From NCBI RefSeq assembly GCF_009914755.1, contig NC_060925.1: 64,000 bases of DNA; one strand, 5' to 3'. The notes beneath the pieces are model-generated. The model ran no database searches. It was given only the letters and a program-made list of their open reading frames with translations, and was not told the origin of the DNA. This document shows, in pieces, positions 29,701 through 42,900 of this stretch. The first letter of the stretch is position 1; every line of letters starts with the position of its first letter. The stretch comes from the human T2T-CHM13v2.0 reference genome, Homo sapiens. The translations under genes were made by a program, and so were the position numbers.

Positions 29701-31964
29701 TGGAATCGAAAGGATTCATTGAATGGAATCAGATGGAATCATCGAATGGACTGGAATGGAATCATTGAATGGACTCGAAAGGGATCATGATTGAATGGAA
29801 TTGAATGGAATCATCGAATGGTCTCGATTGGAATCATTATCAAATGGAATCGAATGGAATCACCGAATAGAATCGAATGGAACAATCATCGAATGGACTC
29901 AAATGGAATTATCCTCAAATGGAATTGAATGGAATTATCGAATGCAATCGAATGGAATTATCGAATGCAATCGAATAGAATGATCGAATGGACTCGAATG
30001 GAATCATTGAATGGAATGGAATGGAACAGTCAATGAACTCGAATGGAATCATCATTGAATGGAATCGAATGGAATCATCGAGTGGAATCGAATGGAATTA
30101 TGATCAAATGGAATCGAATGTAATCATCATCAAATGGAATCAAAAATAACCATCATCAATTGGTATTGAATGGAATTGTCATCAAATGGAATTCAAAGGA
30201 ATCAATATCAAATGGAACCGAATGGAATCCTCATTGAATGGAAATGAAAGGGGTCATCATCTAATGGAATCGCATGGAATCATCATCAAATGGAATCGAA
30301 TGGAATCATCATCAAATGGAATCTAATGGAATCATTGAACAGAATTGAATGGAATCGTCATCGAAAGAATTGAATGCAATAATCGAATGGTCTCGAATGG
30401 AATCATCTTCTAATGGAAAGGAATGGAATCATCGCATAGAATCGAATGGAATTATCATCGAATGGAATCGAATGGTATCAACACCAAACGGAAAAAAACG
30501 GAATTATCGAATGGAATCGAAGAGAATCTTCGAACGGACCCGAATGGAATCATCTAATGGAATGGAATGGAATAATCCATGGACTCGAATGCAATCATCA
30601 ACGAATGGAAACGAAGGGAATCATCGAATGGACTCGAATGGAATAATCATTGAACGGAATCGAATGGAATCATCATCGGATGGAAACGAATGGAATCATC
30701 ATCGAATGGAAATGAAAGGAGTCATCATCTAATGGAATTGCATGGAATCATCATAAAATGGAATCGAATGGAATCAACATCAAATGGAATCAAATGGAAT
30801 CATTGAACGGAATTGAATGGAATCGTCATCGAATGAATTGACTGCAATCATCGAATGGTCTCGAATGGAATCATCTTCAAATGGAATGGAATGGAATCAT
30901 CGCATAGAATCGAATGGAATTATCATCGAATGGAATCGAATGGAATCAACATCAAACGGAAAAAAACGGAATTATCGAATGGAATCGAAGAGAATCATCG
31001 AATGGACCCGAATGGAATCATCTAATGGAATGGAATGGAATAATCCATGGACTCGAATGCAATCATCATCGAATGGAATCGAATGGAATCATCGAATGGA
31101 CTCGAATGGAATAATCATTGAACGGAATCGAATGGAATCATCATCGGATGGAAATGAATGGAATCATCATCGAATGGAATCGAATAGAATTATGGAATGA
31201 AATCCAGTGTGATCATCATCGAATGGACCCGAATGGAATCATCATCCAACGGAAGCTAATGGAATCAACATCGAATGAATCGAATGGAAACACCATCGAA
31301 TTGAAACGAATGGAATTATCATGAAATTGAAATGGATGGACTCATCATCGAATGGATTCGAATGGAATCATCGAATAAAATTGATTGAAATCATCATCGA
31401 ATGGAATCGAATGGTATCATTGAATGGAATCGAATGGAATCATCATCAGATGGAAATGAATGGAATCGTCATAGAATGGAATCGAATGGATTCATTGAAT
31501 GGAATCAGATGGAATCATCGAATGGACTGGAATGGAATCATTGAATGGACTCGAAAGGGATCATGATTGAATGGAATTGAATGGAATCATCCAATGGTCT
31601 CGATTGGAATCATTATCAAATGGAATCGAATGGAATCACCGAATAGAATCGAATGGAAAAATCATCGAATGGACTCAAATGGAATTATCCTCCAATGGAA
31701 TCGAATGGAATTATCGAATGCAATCGAATGGAATTATCGAATGCAATCGAATAGAATCATCGAATGGACTCGAATGGAATCATCGAATGGAATGGAATGG
31801 AACAGTCAATGAACACGAATGGAATCATCATTGAATGGAATCGAATGGAATCATCGAGTGGAATCGAATGGAATTATGATCAAATGGAATCGAATGTAAT
31901 CATCATCAAATGGAATCAAAAATAACCATCATCAATTGCTATTGAATGGAATTGTCATCAAATG
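17757..31964 (+). repeat. Two tandem copies of the 7104-bp tetrameric higher-order repeat (a-b-c-d, a'-b-c-d)
   Basis: Type markers recur at offset 7104: 17917/25021 (TFER), 19693/26797 (MDSSS), 21469/28573 (ELDA), 23245/30349 (STNGNEG). Confidence 0.88.
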
Positions 31965-33740
31965 GAATTCAAAGGAATCATCATCAAATGGAACCGAATG
32001 GAATCCTCATTGAATGGAAATGAAAGGGGTCATCATCTAATGGAATCGCATGGAATCATCATCAAATGGAATCGAATGGAATCATCATCAAATGGAATCT
32101 AATGGAATCATTGAACAGAATTGAATGGAATCGTCATCGAATGAATTGAATGCAATCATCGAATGGTCTCGAATGGAATCATCTTCTAATGGAAAGGAAT
32201 GGAATCATCGCATAGAATCGAATGGAATTATCATCGAATGGAATCGAATGGTATCAACACCAAACGGAAAAAAACGGAATTATCGAATGGAATCGAAGAG
32301 AATCTTCGAACGGACCCGAATGGAATCATCTAATGGAATGGAATGGAATAATCCATGGACTCGAATGCAATCATCATCGAATGGAATCGAATGGAATCAT
32401 CGAATGGACTCGAATGGAATAATCATTGAACGGAATCGAATGGAATCATCATCGGATGGAAACGAATGGAATCATCATCGAATGGAAATGAAAGGAGTCA
32501 TCATCTAATGCAATTGCATGGAATCATCATCAAATAGAATCGAATGGAATCAACATCAAATGGAATCTAATGGAATCATTGAACAGAATTGAATGGAATC
32601 GTCATCGAATGAATTGACTGCAATCATCGAATGGTCTCGAATGGAATCATCTTCAAATGGAATGGAATGGAATCATCGCATAGAATCGAATGGAATTATC
32701 ATCGAATGGAATCGAATGGAATCAACAACAAACGGAAAAAAACGGAATTATCGAATGGAATCGAAGAGAATCATCGAATGGACCCGAATGGAATCATCTA
32801 ATGGAATGGAATGGAATAATCCATGGACTCGAATGCAATCATCATCGAATGGAATCGAATGGAATCATCGAATGGACTCGAATGGAATAATCATTGAACG
32901 GAATCGAATGGAATCATCATCGGATGGAAATGAATGGAATCATCATCGAATGGAATCGAATAGAATTATGGAATGAAATCCAGTGTGATCATCATCGAAT
33001 GGACCCGAATGGAATCATCATCCAACGGAAGCTAATGGAATCAACATCGAATGAATCAAATGGAAACACCATCGAATTGAAACGAATGGAATTATCATGA
33101 AATTGAAACGGATGGACTCATCATCGAATGGATTCGAATGGAATCATCGAATAAAATTGATTGAAATCATCATCGAATGGAATCGAATGGTATCATTGAA
33201 TGGAATCGAATGGAATCATCATCAGATGGAAATGAATGGAATCGTCATAGAATGGAATCGAATGGATTCATTGAATGGAATCAGATGGAATCATCGAATG
33301 GACTGGAATGGAATCATTGAATGGACTCGAAAGGGATCATGATTGAATGGAATTGAATGGAATCATCGAATGGTCTCGATTGGAATCATTATCAAATGGA
33401 ATCGAATGGAATCACCGAATAGAATCGAATGGAACAATCATCGAATGGACTCAAATGGAATTATCCTCAAATGGAATCGAATGGAATTATCGAATGCAAT
33501 CGAATGGAATTATCGAATGCAATCGAATAGAATCATCGAATGGACTCGAATGGAATCATCGAATGGAATGGAATGGAACAGTCAATGAACTCGAATGGAA
33601 TCATCATTGAATGGAATCGAATGGAATCATCGAGTGGAACCGAATGGAATTATGATCAAATGGAATCGAATGTAATCATCATCAAATGGAATCAAAAATA
33701 ACCATCATCAATTGGTATTGAATGGAATTCTCATCAAATG

Positions 33741-36356
33741 GAATTCAAAGGAATCATCATCAAATGGAACCGAATGGAATCCTCATTGAATGGAAATGAA
33801 AGGGGTCATCATCTAATGGAATCGCAAGGAATCATCATAAAATGGAATCGAATGGAATCAACATCAAATGGAATCAAATGGAATCATTGAACGGAATTGA
33901 ATGGAATCGTCATCGAATGAATTGACTACAATCACCGAATGGTCTCGAATGGAATCATCTTCAAATGGAATGGAATGGAATCATCGCATAGAATCGAATG
34001 GAATTATCATCGAATGGAATCGAATGGTATCAACATCAAACGGAAAAAAACGGAATTATCGAATCGAATCGAAGAGAATCTTCGAACGGACCCGAATGGA
34101 ATCATCTAATGGAATGGAATGGAATAATCCATGGACTCGAATGCAATCATCATCGAATGGAATCGAATGGAATCATCGAATGGACTTGAATGGAATAATC
34201 ATTGAACGGAATCGAATGGAATCATCATCGGATGGAAACGAATGGAATCATCATCGAATGGAATCGAATAGAATTATGGAATGAAATCCAGTGTGATCAT
34301 CATCGAATGGACCCGAATGGAATCATCATCCAACGGAAGCTAATGGAATCAACATCGAATGAATCAAATGGAAACACCATCGAATTGAAACGAATGGAAT
34401 TACCATGAAATTGAAATGGATGGACTCATCCTCAAATGGATTCGAGTGGAATCAACGAATAAAATTGATTGAAATCATCATCGAATGGAATCGAATGGTA
34501 TCATTGAATGGAATCGAATGGAATCATCATCAGATGGAAATGAAAGGAATCGTCATAGAATGGAATCGAATGGATTCATTGAATGGAATCAGATGGAATC
34601 ATTGAATGGACTGGAATGGAATCATTGAATGGACTCGAAAGGGATCATTATTGAATGGAATTGAATGGAATCATCGAATGGTCTCGATTGGAATCATTAT
34701 CAAATGGAATCGAATGGAATCACCGAATAGAATCGAATGGAACAATCATCGAATGGACTCAAATGGAATTATCCTCAAATGGAATTGAATGGAATTATCG
34801 AATGCAATCGAATGGAATTATCGAATGCAATCGAATAGAATCATCGAATGGACTCGAATGGAATCATCGAATGGAATGGAATGGAACAGTCAATGAACTC
34901 GAATGGAATCATCATTGAATGGAATCGAATGGAATCATCGAGTGGAATCGAATGTAATCATCATCAAATGGAATCAAAAATAACCATCATCAAATGGAAT
35001 CAAAAATAACCATCATCAATTGGTATTGAATGGAATTCTCATCAAATGGAGTTCAAAGGAATCATAATCAAATGGAACCGAATGGAATCCTCATTGAATG
35101 GAAATGAAAGGGGTCATCATCTAATGGAATCGCATGGAATCATCATAAAATGGAATTGAATGGAATCAACATCAAATGGAATCAAATGGAATATTTGAAC
35201 GGAATTGAATGGAATCGTCATCGAATGAATTGAATGCAATCATCGAATGGTCTCGAATGGAATCATCTTCAAATGGAATGGAATGGAATCATCGCATAGA
35301 ATCGAAAGGAATTATCATCGAATGGAATCGAATGGAATCAACACCAAACGGAAAAAAACGGAATTATCGAATGGAATCGAAGAGAATCATCGAATGGACC
35401 CGAATGGAATCATCTAATGGAATGGAATGGAATAATCCATGGACTCGAATGCAATCATCATCGAATGGAATCAAATGGAATCATCCAATGGACTCGAATG
35501 GAATAATCATTGAACGGAATCGAATGGAATCATCATCGGATGGAAATGAATGGAATCATCATCGAATGGAATCGAATAGAATTATGGAATGAAATCCAGT
35601 GTGATCATCATCGAATGGACCCAAATGGAATCATCATCCAACGGATGCTAATGGAATCAACATCGAATGAATCAAATGGAAACACCATCGAATTGAAACG
35701 AATGGAATCACCATGAAATTGAAATGGATGGACTCATCATCGAATGGATTCGAAAGGAATCATCGAATAAAATTGATTGAAATCATCATCGAATGGAATC
35801 GAATGGTATCATTGAATGGAATCGAATGGAATCATCATCAGATGGAAATGAATGGAATCGTCATAGAATGGAATCGAATGGATTCATTGAATGGAATCAG
35901 ATGGAATCATCGAATGGACTGGAATGGAATCATTGAATGGACTCGAAAGAGATCATGATTGAATGGAATTGAATAGAATCATCGAATGGTCTCGATTGGA
36001 ATCATTATCAAATGGAATCGAATGGAATCACCGAATAGAATCGAATGGAACAATCATCTAATGGACTCAAATGGAATTATCCTCAAATGGAATCGAATGG
36101 AATTATCGAATGCAATCGAATGGAATTATCGAATGCAATCGAATAGAATCATCGAATGGACTCGAATGGAATCATCGAATGGAATGGAATGGAACAGTCA
36201 ATGAACTCGAATGGAATCATCATTGAATGGAATCGAATGGAATCATCGAGTGGAATCGAATGGAATTATGATCAAATGGAATCGAATGTAATCATCATCA
36301 AATGGAATCAAAAATAACCATCATCAATTGGTATTGAATGGAATTGTCATCAAATG
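33741..36356 (+). repeat. Two tandem 1308-bp single-module units
   Basis: Anchors 33901, 35209, 36517 are spaced by 1308 = 1776 - 468. There is one module per unit, with mixed A/B markers. The canonical EcoRI site at 35049 is mutated to GAGTTC. Confidence 0.92.
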
Positions 36357-39300
36357 GAATTCAAAGGAAACATCATCAAATGGAACCGAATGGAATCCTC
36401 ATTGAATGGAAATGAAAGGGGTCATCATCTAATGGAATCGCATGGAATCATCATCAAATGGAATCGAATGGAATCATCATCAAATGGAATCTAATGGAAT
36501 CATTGAACAGAATTGAATGGAATCGTCATCAAATGAATTGAATGCAATCATCGAATGGTCTCGAATGGAATCATCTTCTAATGGAAAGGAATGGAATCAT
36601 CGCATAGAATCGAATGGAATTATCATCGAATGGAATCGAATGGTATCAACACCAAACGGAAAAAAACGGAATTATCGAATGGAATCGAAGAGAATCTTCG
36701 AACGGACCCGAATGGAATCATCTAATGGAATGGAATGGAATAATCCATGGACTCTAATGCAATCATAATCGAATGGAATGGAATGGAATCATCGAATGGA
36801 CTCGAATGGAATAATAATTGAACGGAATCGAATGGAATCATCATCGGATGGAAACGAATGGAATCATCATCGAATGGAAATGAAAGGAGTCATCATCTAA
36901 TGGAATTGCATGGAATCATCATAAAATGGAATCGAATGGAATCAACATCAAATGGAATCAAATGGAATCATTGAACGGAATTGAATGGAATCATCATCGA
37001 ATGAATTGACTGCAATCATCGAATGGTCTCGAATGGAATCATCTTCAAATGGAAGGGAATGGAATCATCGCATAGAATCGAATGGAATTATCATCGAATG
37101 GAATCGAATGGAATCAACATCAAACGGAAAAAAACAGAATTATCGTATGGAATCGAAGAGAATCATCGAATGGACCCGAATGGAATCATCTAATGGAATG
37201 GAATGGAATAATCCATGGACTCGAATGCAATCATCATCGAATGGAATCGAATGGAATCATCGAATGGACTCGAATGGAATAATCATTGAACGGAATCGAA
37301 TGGAATCATCATCGGATGGAAATGAATGGAATCATCATCGAATGGAATCGAATAGAATTATGGAATGAAATCCAGTGTGATCATCATCGAATGGACCCGA
37401 ATGGAATCATCATCCAACGGAAGCTAATGGAATCAACATCGAATGAATCGAATGGAAACACCATCGAATTGAAACGAATGGAATTATCATGAAATTGAAA
37501 TGGATGGACTCATCATCGAATGGATTCGAATCGAATCATCGAATAAAATTGATTGAAATCATCATCAAATGGAATCGAATGGTATCATTGAATGGAATCG
37601 AATGGAATCATCATCAGATGGAAATGAATGGAATCGTCATAGAATGGAATCGAATGGATTCATTGAATGGAATCAGATGGAATCATCGAATGGACTGGAA
37701 TGGAATCATTGAATGGACTCGAAAGGGATCATTATTGAATGGAATTGAATGGAATCATCGAATGGTCTCGATTGGAATCATTACCAAATGGAATCGAATG
37801 GAATCACCGAATAGAATCGAATGGAACAATCATCGAATGGACTCAAATGGAATTATCCTCAAATGGAATCGAATGGAATTATCGAATGCAATCGAATGGA
37901 ATTATCGAATGCAATCGAATAGAATCATCGAAAGGACTCGAATGGAATCATCGAATGGAATGGAATGGAACAGTCAATGAACTCGAATGGAATCATCATT
38001 GAATGGAATCGAATGGAATCATCGAGTGGAATTGAATGGAATTATGATCAAATGGAATCGAATGTAATCATCATCAAATGGAATCAAAAATAACCATCAT
38101 CAATTGGTATTGAATGGAATTGTCATCAAATGGAATTCAAAGGAATCATCATCAAATGGAACCGAATGGAATCCTCATTGAATGGAAATGAAAGGGGTCA
38201 TCATCTAATGGAATCGCATGGAATCATCATCAAATGGAATCGAATGGAATCATCATCAAATGGAATCTAATGGAATCATTGAACAGAATTGAATGGAATC
38301 GTCATCGAATGAATTGAATGCAATCATCGAATGCTCTCGAATGGAATCATCTTCTAATGGAAAGGAATGGAATCATCGCATAGAATCGAATGGAATTATC
38401 ATCGAATGGAATCGAATGGTATCAACACCAAACGGAAAAAAACGGAATTATCGAATGGAATCGAAGAGAATCTTCGAACGGACCCGAATGGAATCATCTA
38501 ATTGAATGGAATGGAATAATCCATGGACTCGAATGCAATCATCATCGAATGGAATCGAATGGAATCATCGAATGGACTCGAATGGAATAATCATTGAACG
38601 GAATCGAATGGAATCATCATCGGATGGAAACGAATGGAATCATCATCGAATGGAAATGAAAGGAGTCATCATCTAATGGAATTGCATGGAATCATCATAA
38701 AATGGAATCGAATGGAATCAACATCAAATGGAATCAAATGGAATCATTGAACGGAATTGAATGGAATCGTCATCGAATGAATTGACTGCAATCATCGAAT
38801 GGTCTCGAATGGAATCATCTTCAAATGGAATGGAATGGAATCATCGCATAGAATCGAATGGAATTATCATCGAATGGAATCGAATGGAATCAACATCAAA
38901 CGGAAAAAAACAGAATTATCGTATGGAATCGAAGAGAATCATCGAATGGACCCGAATGGAATCATCTAATGGAATGGAATGGAATAATCCATGGACTCGA
39001 ATGCAATCATCATCGAATGGAATCGAATGGAATCATCGAATGGACTCGAATGGAATAATCATTGAACGGAATCGAATGGAATCATCATCGGATGGAAATG
39101 AATGGAATCATCATCGAATGGAATCGAATAGAATTATGGAATGAAATCCAGTGTGATCATCATCGAATGGACCCGAATGGAATCATCATCCAACGGAAGC
39201 TAATGGAATCAACATCGAATGAATCGAATGGAAACACCATCGAATTGAAACGAATGGAATTATCATGAAATTGAAATGGATGGACTCATCATCGAATGGA

Positions 39301-39908
39301 TTCGAATGGAATCATCGAATAAAATTGATTGAAATCATCATCCAATGGAATCGAATGGTATCATTGAATGGAATCGAATGGAATCTTCATCAGATGGAAA
39401 TGAATGGAATCGTCATAGAATGGAATAGAATGGATTCATTGAATGGAATCAGATGGAATCATCGAATGGACGGGAATGGAATCATTGAATGGACTCGAAA
39501 GGGATCATTATTGAATGGAATTGAATGGAATCATCGAATGGTCTCGATTGGAATCATTATCAAATGGAATCGAATGGAATCACCGAACAGAATCGAATGG
39601 AACAATCATCGAATGGACTCAAATGGAATTATCCTCAAATGGAATCGAATGGAATTATCGAATGCAATCGAATGGAATTATCGAATGCAATCGAATAGAA
39701 TCATCGAATGGACTCGAATGGAATCATCGAATGGAATGGAATGGAACAGTCAATGAACTCGAATGGAATCATCATTGAATGGAATCGAATGGAATCATCG
39801 AGTGGAATCAAATGGAATTATGATCAAATGGAATCGAATGTAATCATCATCAAATGGAATCAAAAATAACCATCATCAATTGGTATTGAATGGAATTGTC
39901 ATCAAATG

Positions 39909-42900
39909 GAATTCAAAGGAATCATCATCAAATGGAACCGAATGGAATCCTCATTGAATGGAAATGAAAGGGGTCATCATCTAATGGAATCGCATGGAAT
40001 CATCATCAAATGGAATCGAATGGAATCATCATCAAATGGAATCTAATGGAATCATTGAACAGAATTGAATGGAATCGTCATCGAATGAATTGAATGCAAT
40101 CATCGAATGGTCTCGAATGGAATCATCTTCTAATGGAAAGGAATGGAATCATCGCATAGAATCGAATGGAATTATCATCGAATGGAATCGAATGGTATCA
40201 ACACCAAACGGAAAAAAACGGAATTATCGAATGGAATCGAAGAGAATCTTCGAACGGACCCGAATGGAATCATCTAATTGAATGGAATGGAATAATCCAT
40301 GGACTCGAATGCAATCATCATCGAATGGAATCGAATGGAATCATCGAATGGACTCGAATGGAATAATCATTGAACGGAATCGAATGGAATCATCATCGGA
40401 TGGAAACGAATGGAATCATCATCGAATGGAAATGAAAGGAGTCATCATCTAATGGAATTGCATGGAATCATCATAAAATGGAATCGAATGGAATCAACAT
40501 CAAATGGAATCAAATGGAATCATTGAACGGAATTGAATGGAATCGTCATCGAATGAATTGACTGCAATCATCGAATGGTCTCGAATGGAATCATCTTCAA
40601 ATGGAATGGAATGGAATCATCGCATAGAATCGAATGGAATTATCATCGAATGGAATCGAATGGAATCAACATCAAACAGAAAAAACGGAATTATCGAATG
40701 GAATCGAAGAGAATCATCGAATGGACCCGAATGGAATCATCTAATGGAATGGAATGGAATAATCCATGGACTCGAATGCAATCATCATCGAATGGAATCG
40801 AATGGAATCATCGAATGGACTCGAATGGAATAATCATTGAACGGAATCGAATGGAATCATCATCGGATGGAAATGAATGGAATCATCATCGAATGGAATC
40901 GAATAGAATTATGGAATGAAATCCAGTGTGATCATCATCGAATGGACCCGAATGGAATCATCATCCAACGGAAGCTAATGGAATCAACATCGAATGAATC
41001 GAATGGAAACACCATCGAATTGAAACGAATGGAATTATCATGAAATTGAAATGGATGGACTCATCATCGAATGGATTCGAATGGAATCATCGAATAAAAT
41101 TGATTGAAATCATCATCCAATGGAATCGAATGGTATCATTGAATGGAATCGAATGGAATCATCATCAGATGGAAATGAATGGAATCGTCATAGAATGGAA
41201 TCGAATGGATTCATTGAATGGAATCAGATGGAATCATCGAATGGACTGGAATGGAATCATTGAATGGACTCGAAAGGGATCATTATTGAATGGAATTGAA
41301 TGGAATCATCGAATGGTCTCGATTGGAATCATTATCAAATGGAATCGAATGGAATCACCGAATAGAATCGAATGGAACAATCATCGAATGGACTCAAATG
41401 GAATTATCCTCCAATGGAATCGAATGGAATTATCGAATGCAATCGAATGGAATTATCGAATGCAATCGAATAGAATCATCGAATGGACTCGAATGGAATC
41501 ATCGAATGGAATGGAATGGAACAGTCAATGAACTCGAATGGAATCATCATTGAATGGAATCGAATGGAATCATCGAGTGGAATCGAATGGAATTATGATC
41601 AAATGGAATGGAATGTAATCATCATCAAATGGAATCAAAAATAACCATCATCAATTGGTATTGAATGGAATTGTCATCAAATGGAATTCAAAGGAATCAT
41701 CATCAAATGGAACCGAATGGAATCCTCATTGAATGGAAATGAAAGGGGTCATCATCTAATGGAATCGCATGGAATCATCATCAAATGGAATCGAATGGAA
41801 TCATCATCAAATGGAATCTAATGGAATCATTGAACAGAATTGAATGGAATCGTCATCGAATGAATTGAATGCAATCATCGAATGGTCTCGAATGGAATCA
41901 TCTTCTAATGGAAAGGAATGGAATCATCGCATAGAATCGAATGGAATTATCATCGAATGGAATCGAATGGTATCAACACCAAACGGAAAAAAACGGAATT
42001 ATCGAATGGAATCGAAGAGAATCTTCGAACGGACCCGAATGGAATCATCTAATGGAATGGAATGGAATAATCCATGGACTCGAATGCAATCATCATCGAA
42101 TGGAATCGAATGGAATCATCGAATGGACTTGAATGGAATAATCATTGAACGGAATCGATTGGAATCATCATCGGATGGAAACGAATGGAATCATCATCGA
42201 ATGGAAATGAAAGGAGTCATCATCTAATGGAATTGCATGGAATCATCATAAAATGGAATCGAATGGAATCAACATCAAATGGAATCAAATGGAATCATTG
42301 AACGGAATTGAATGGAATCGTCATCGAATGAATTGACTGCAATCATCCAATGGTCTCGAATGGAATCGTCTTCAAATGGAATGGAATGGAATCATCGCAT
42401 AGAATCGAATGGAATTATCATCGAATGGAATCGAATGGAATCAACATCCAACGGAAAAAAACGGAATTATCGAATGGAATCGAAGAGAATCATCGAATGG
42501 ACCCGAATGGAATCATCTAATGGAATGGAATGGAATAATCCATGGACTCGAATGCAATCATCATCGAATGGAATCGAATGGAATCATCGAATGGACTCGA
42601 ATGGAATAATCATTGAACGGAATCGAATGGAATCATCATCGGATGGAAATGAATGGAATCATCATCGAATGGAATCGAATAGAATTATGGAATGAAATCC
42701 AGTGTGATCATCATCGAATGGACCCGAATGGAATCATCATCCAACGGAAGCTAATGGAATCAACATCGAATGAATCGAATGGAAACACCATCGAATTGAA
42801 ACGAATGGAATTATCATGAAATTGAAATGGATGGACTCATCATCGAATGGATTCGAATGGAATCATCGAATAAAATTGATTGAAATCATCATCCAATGGA

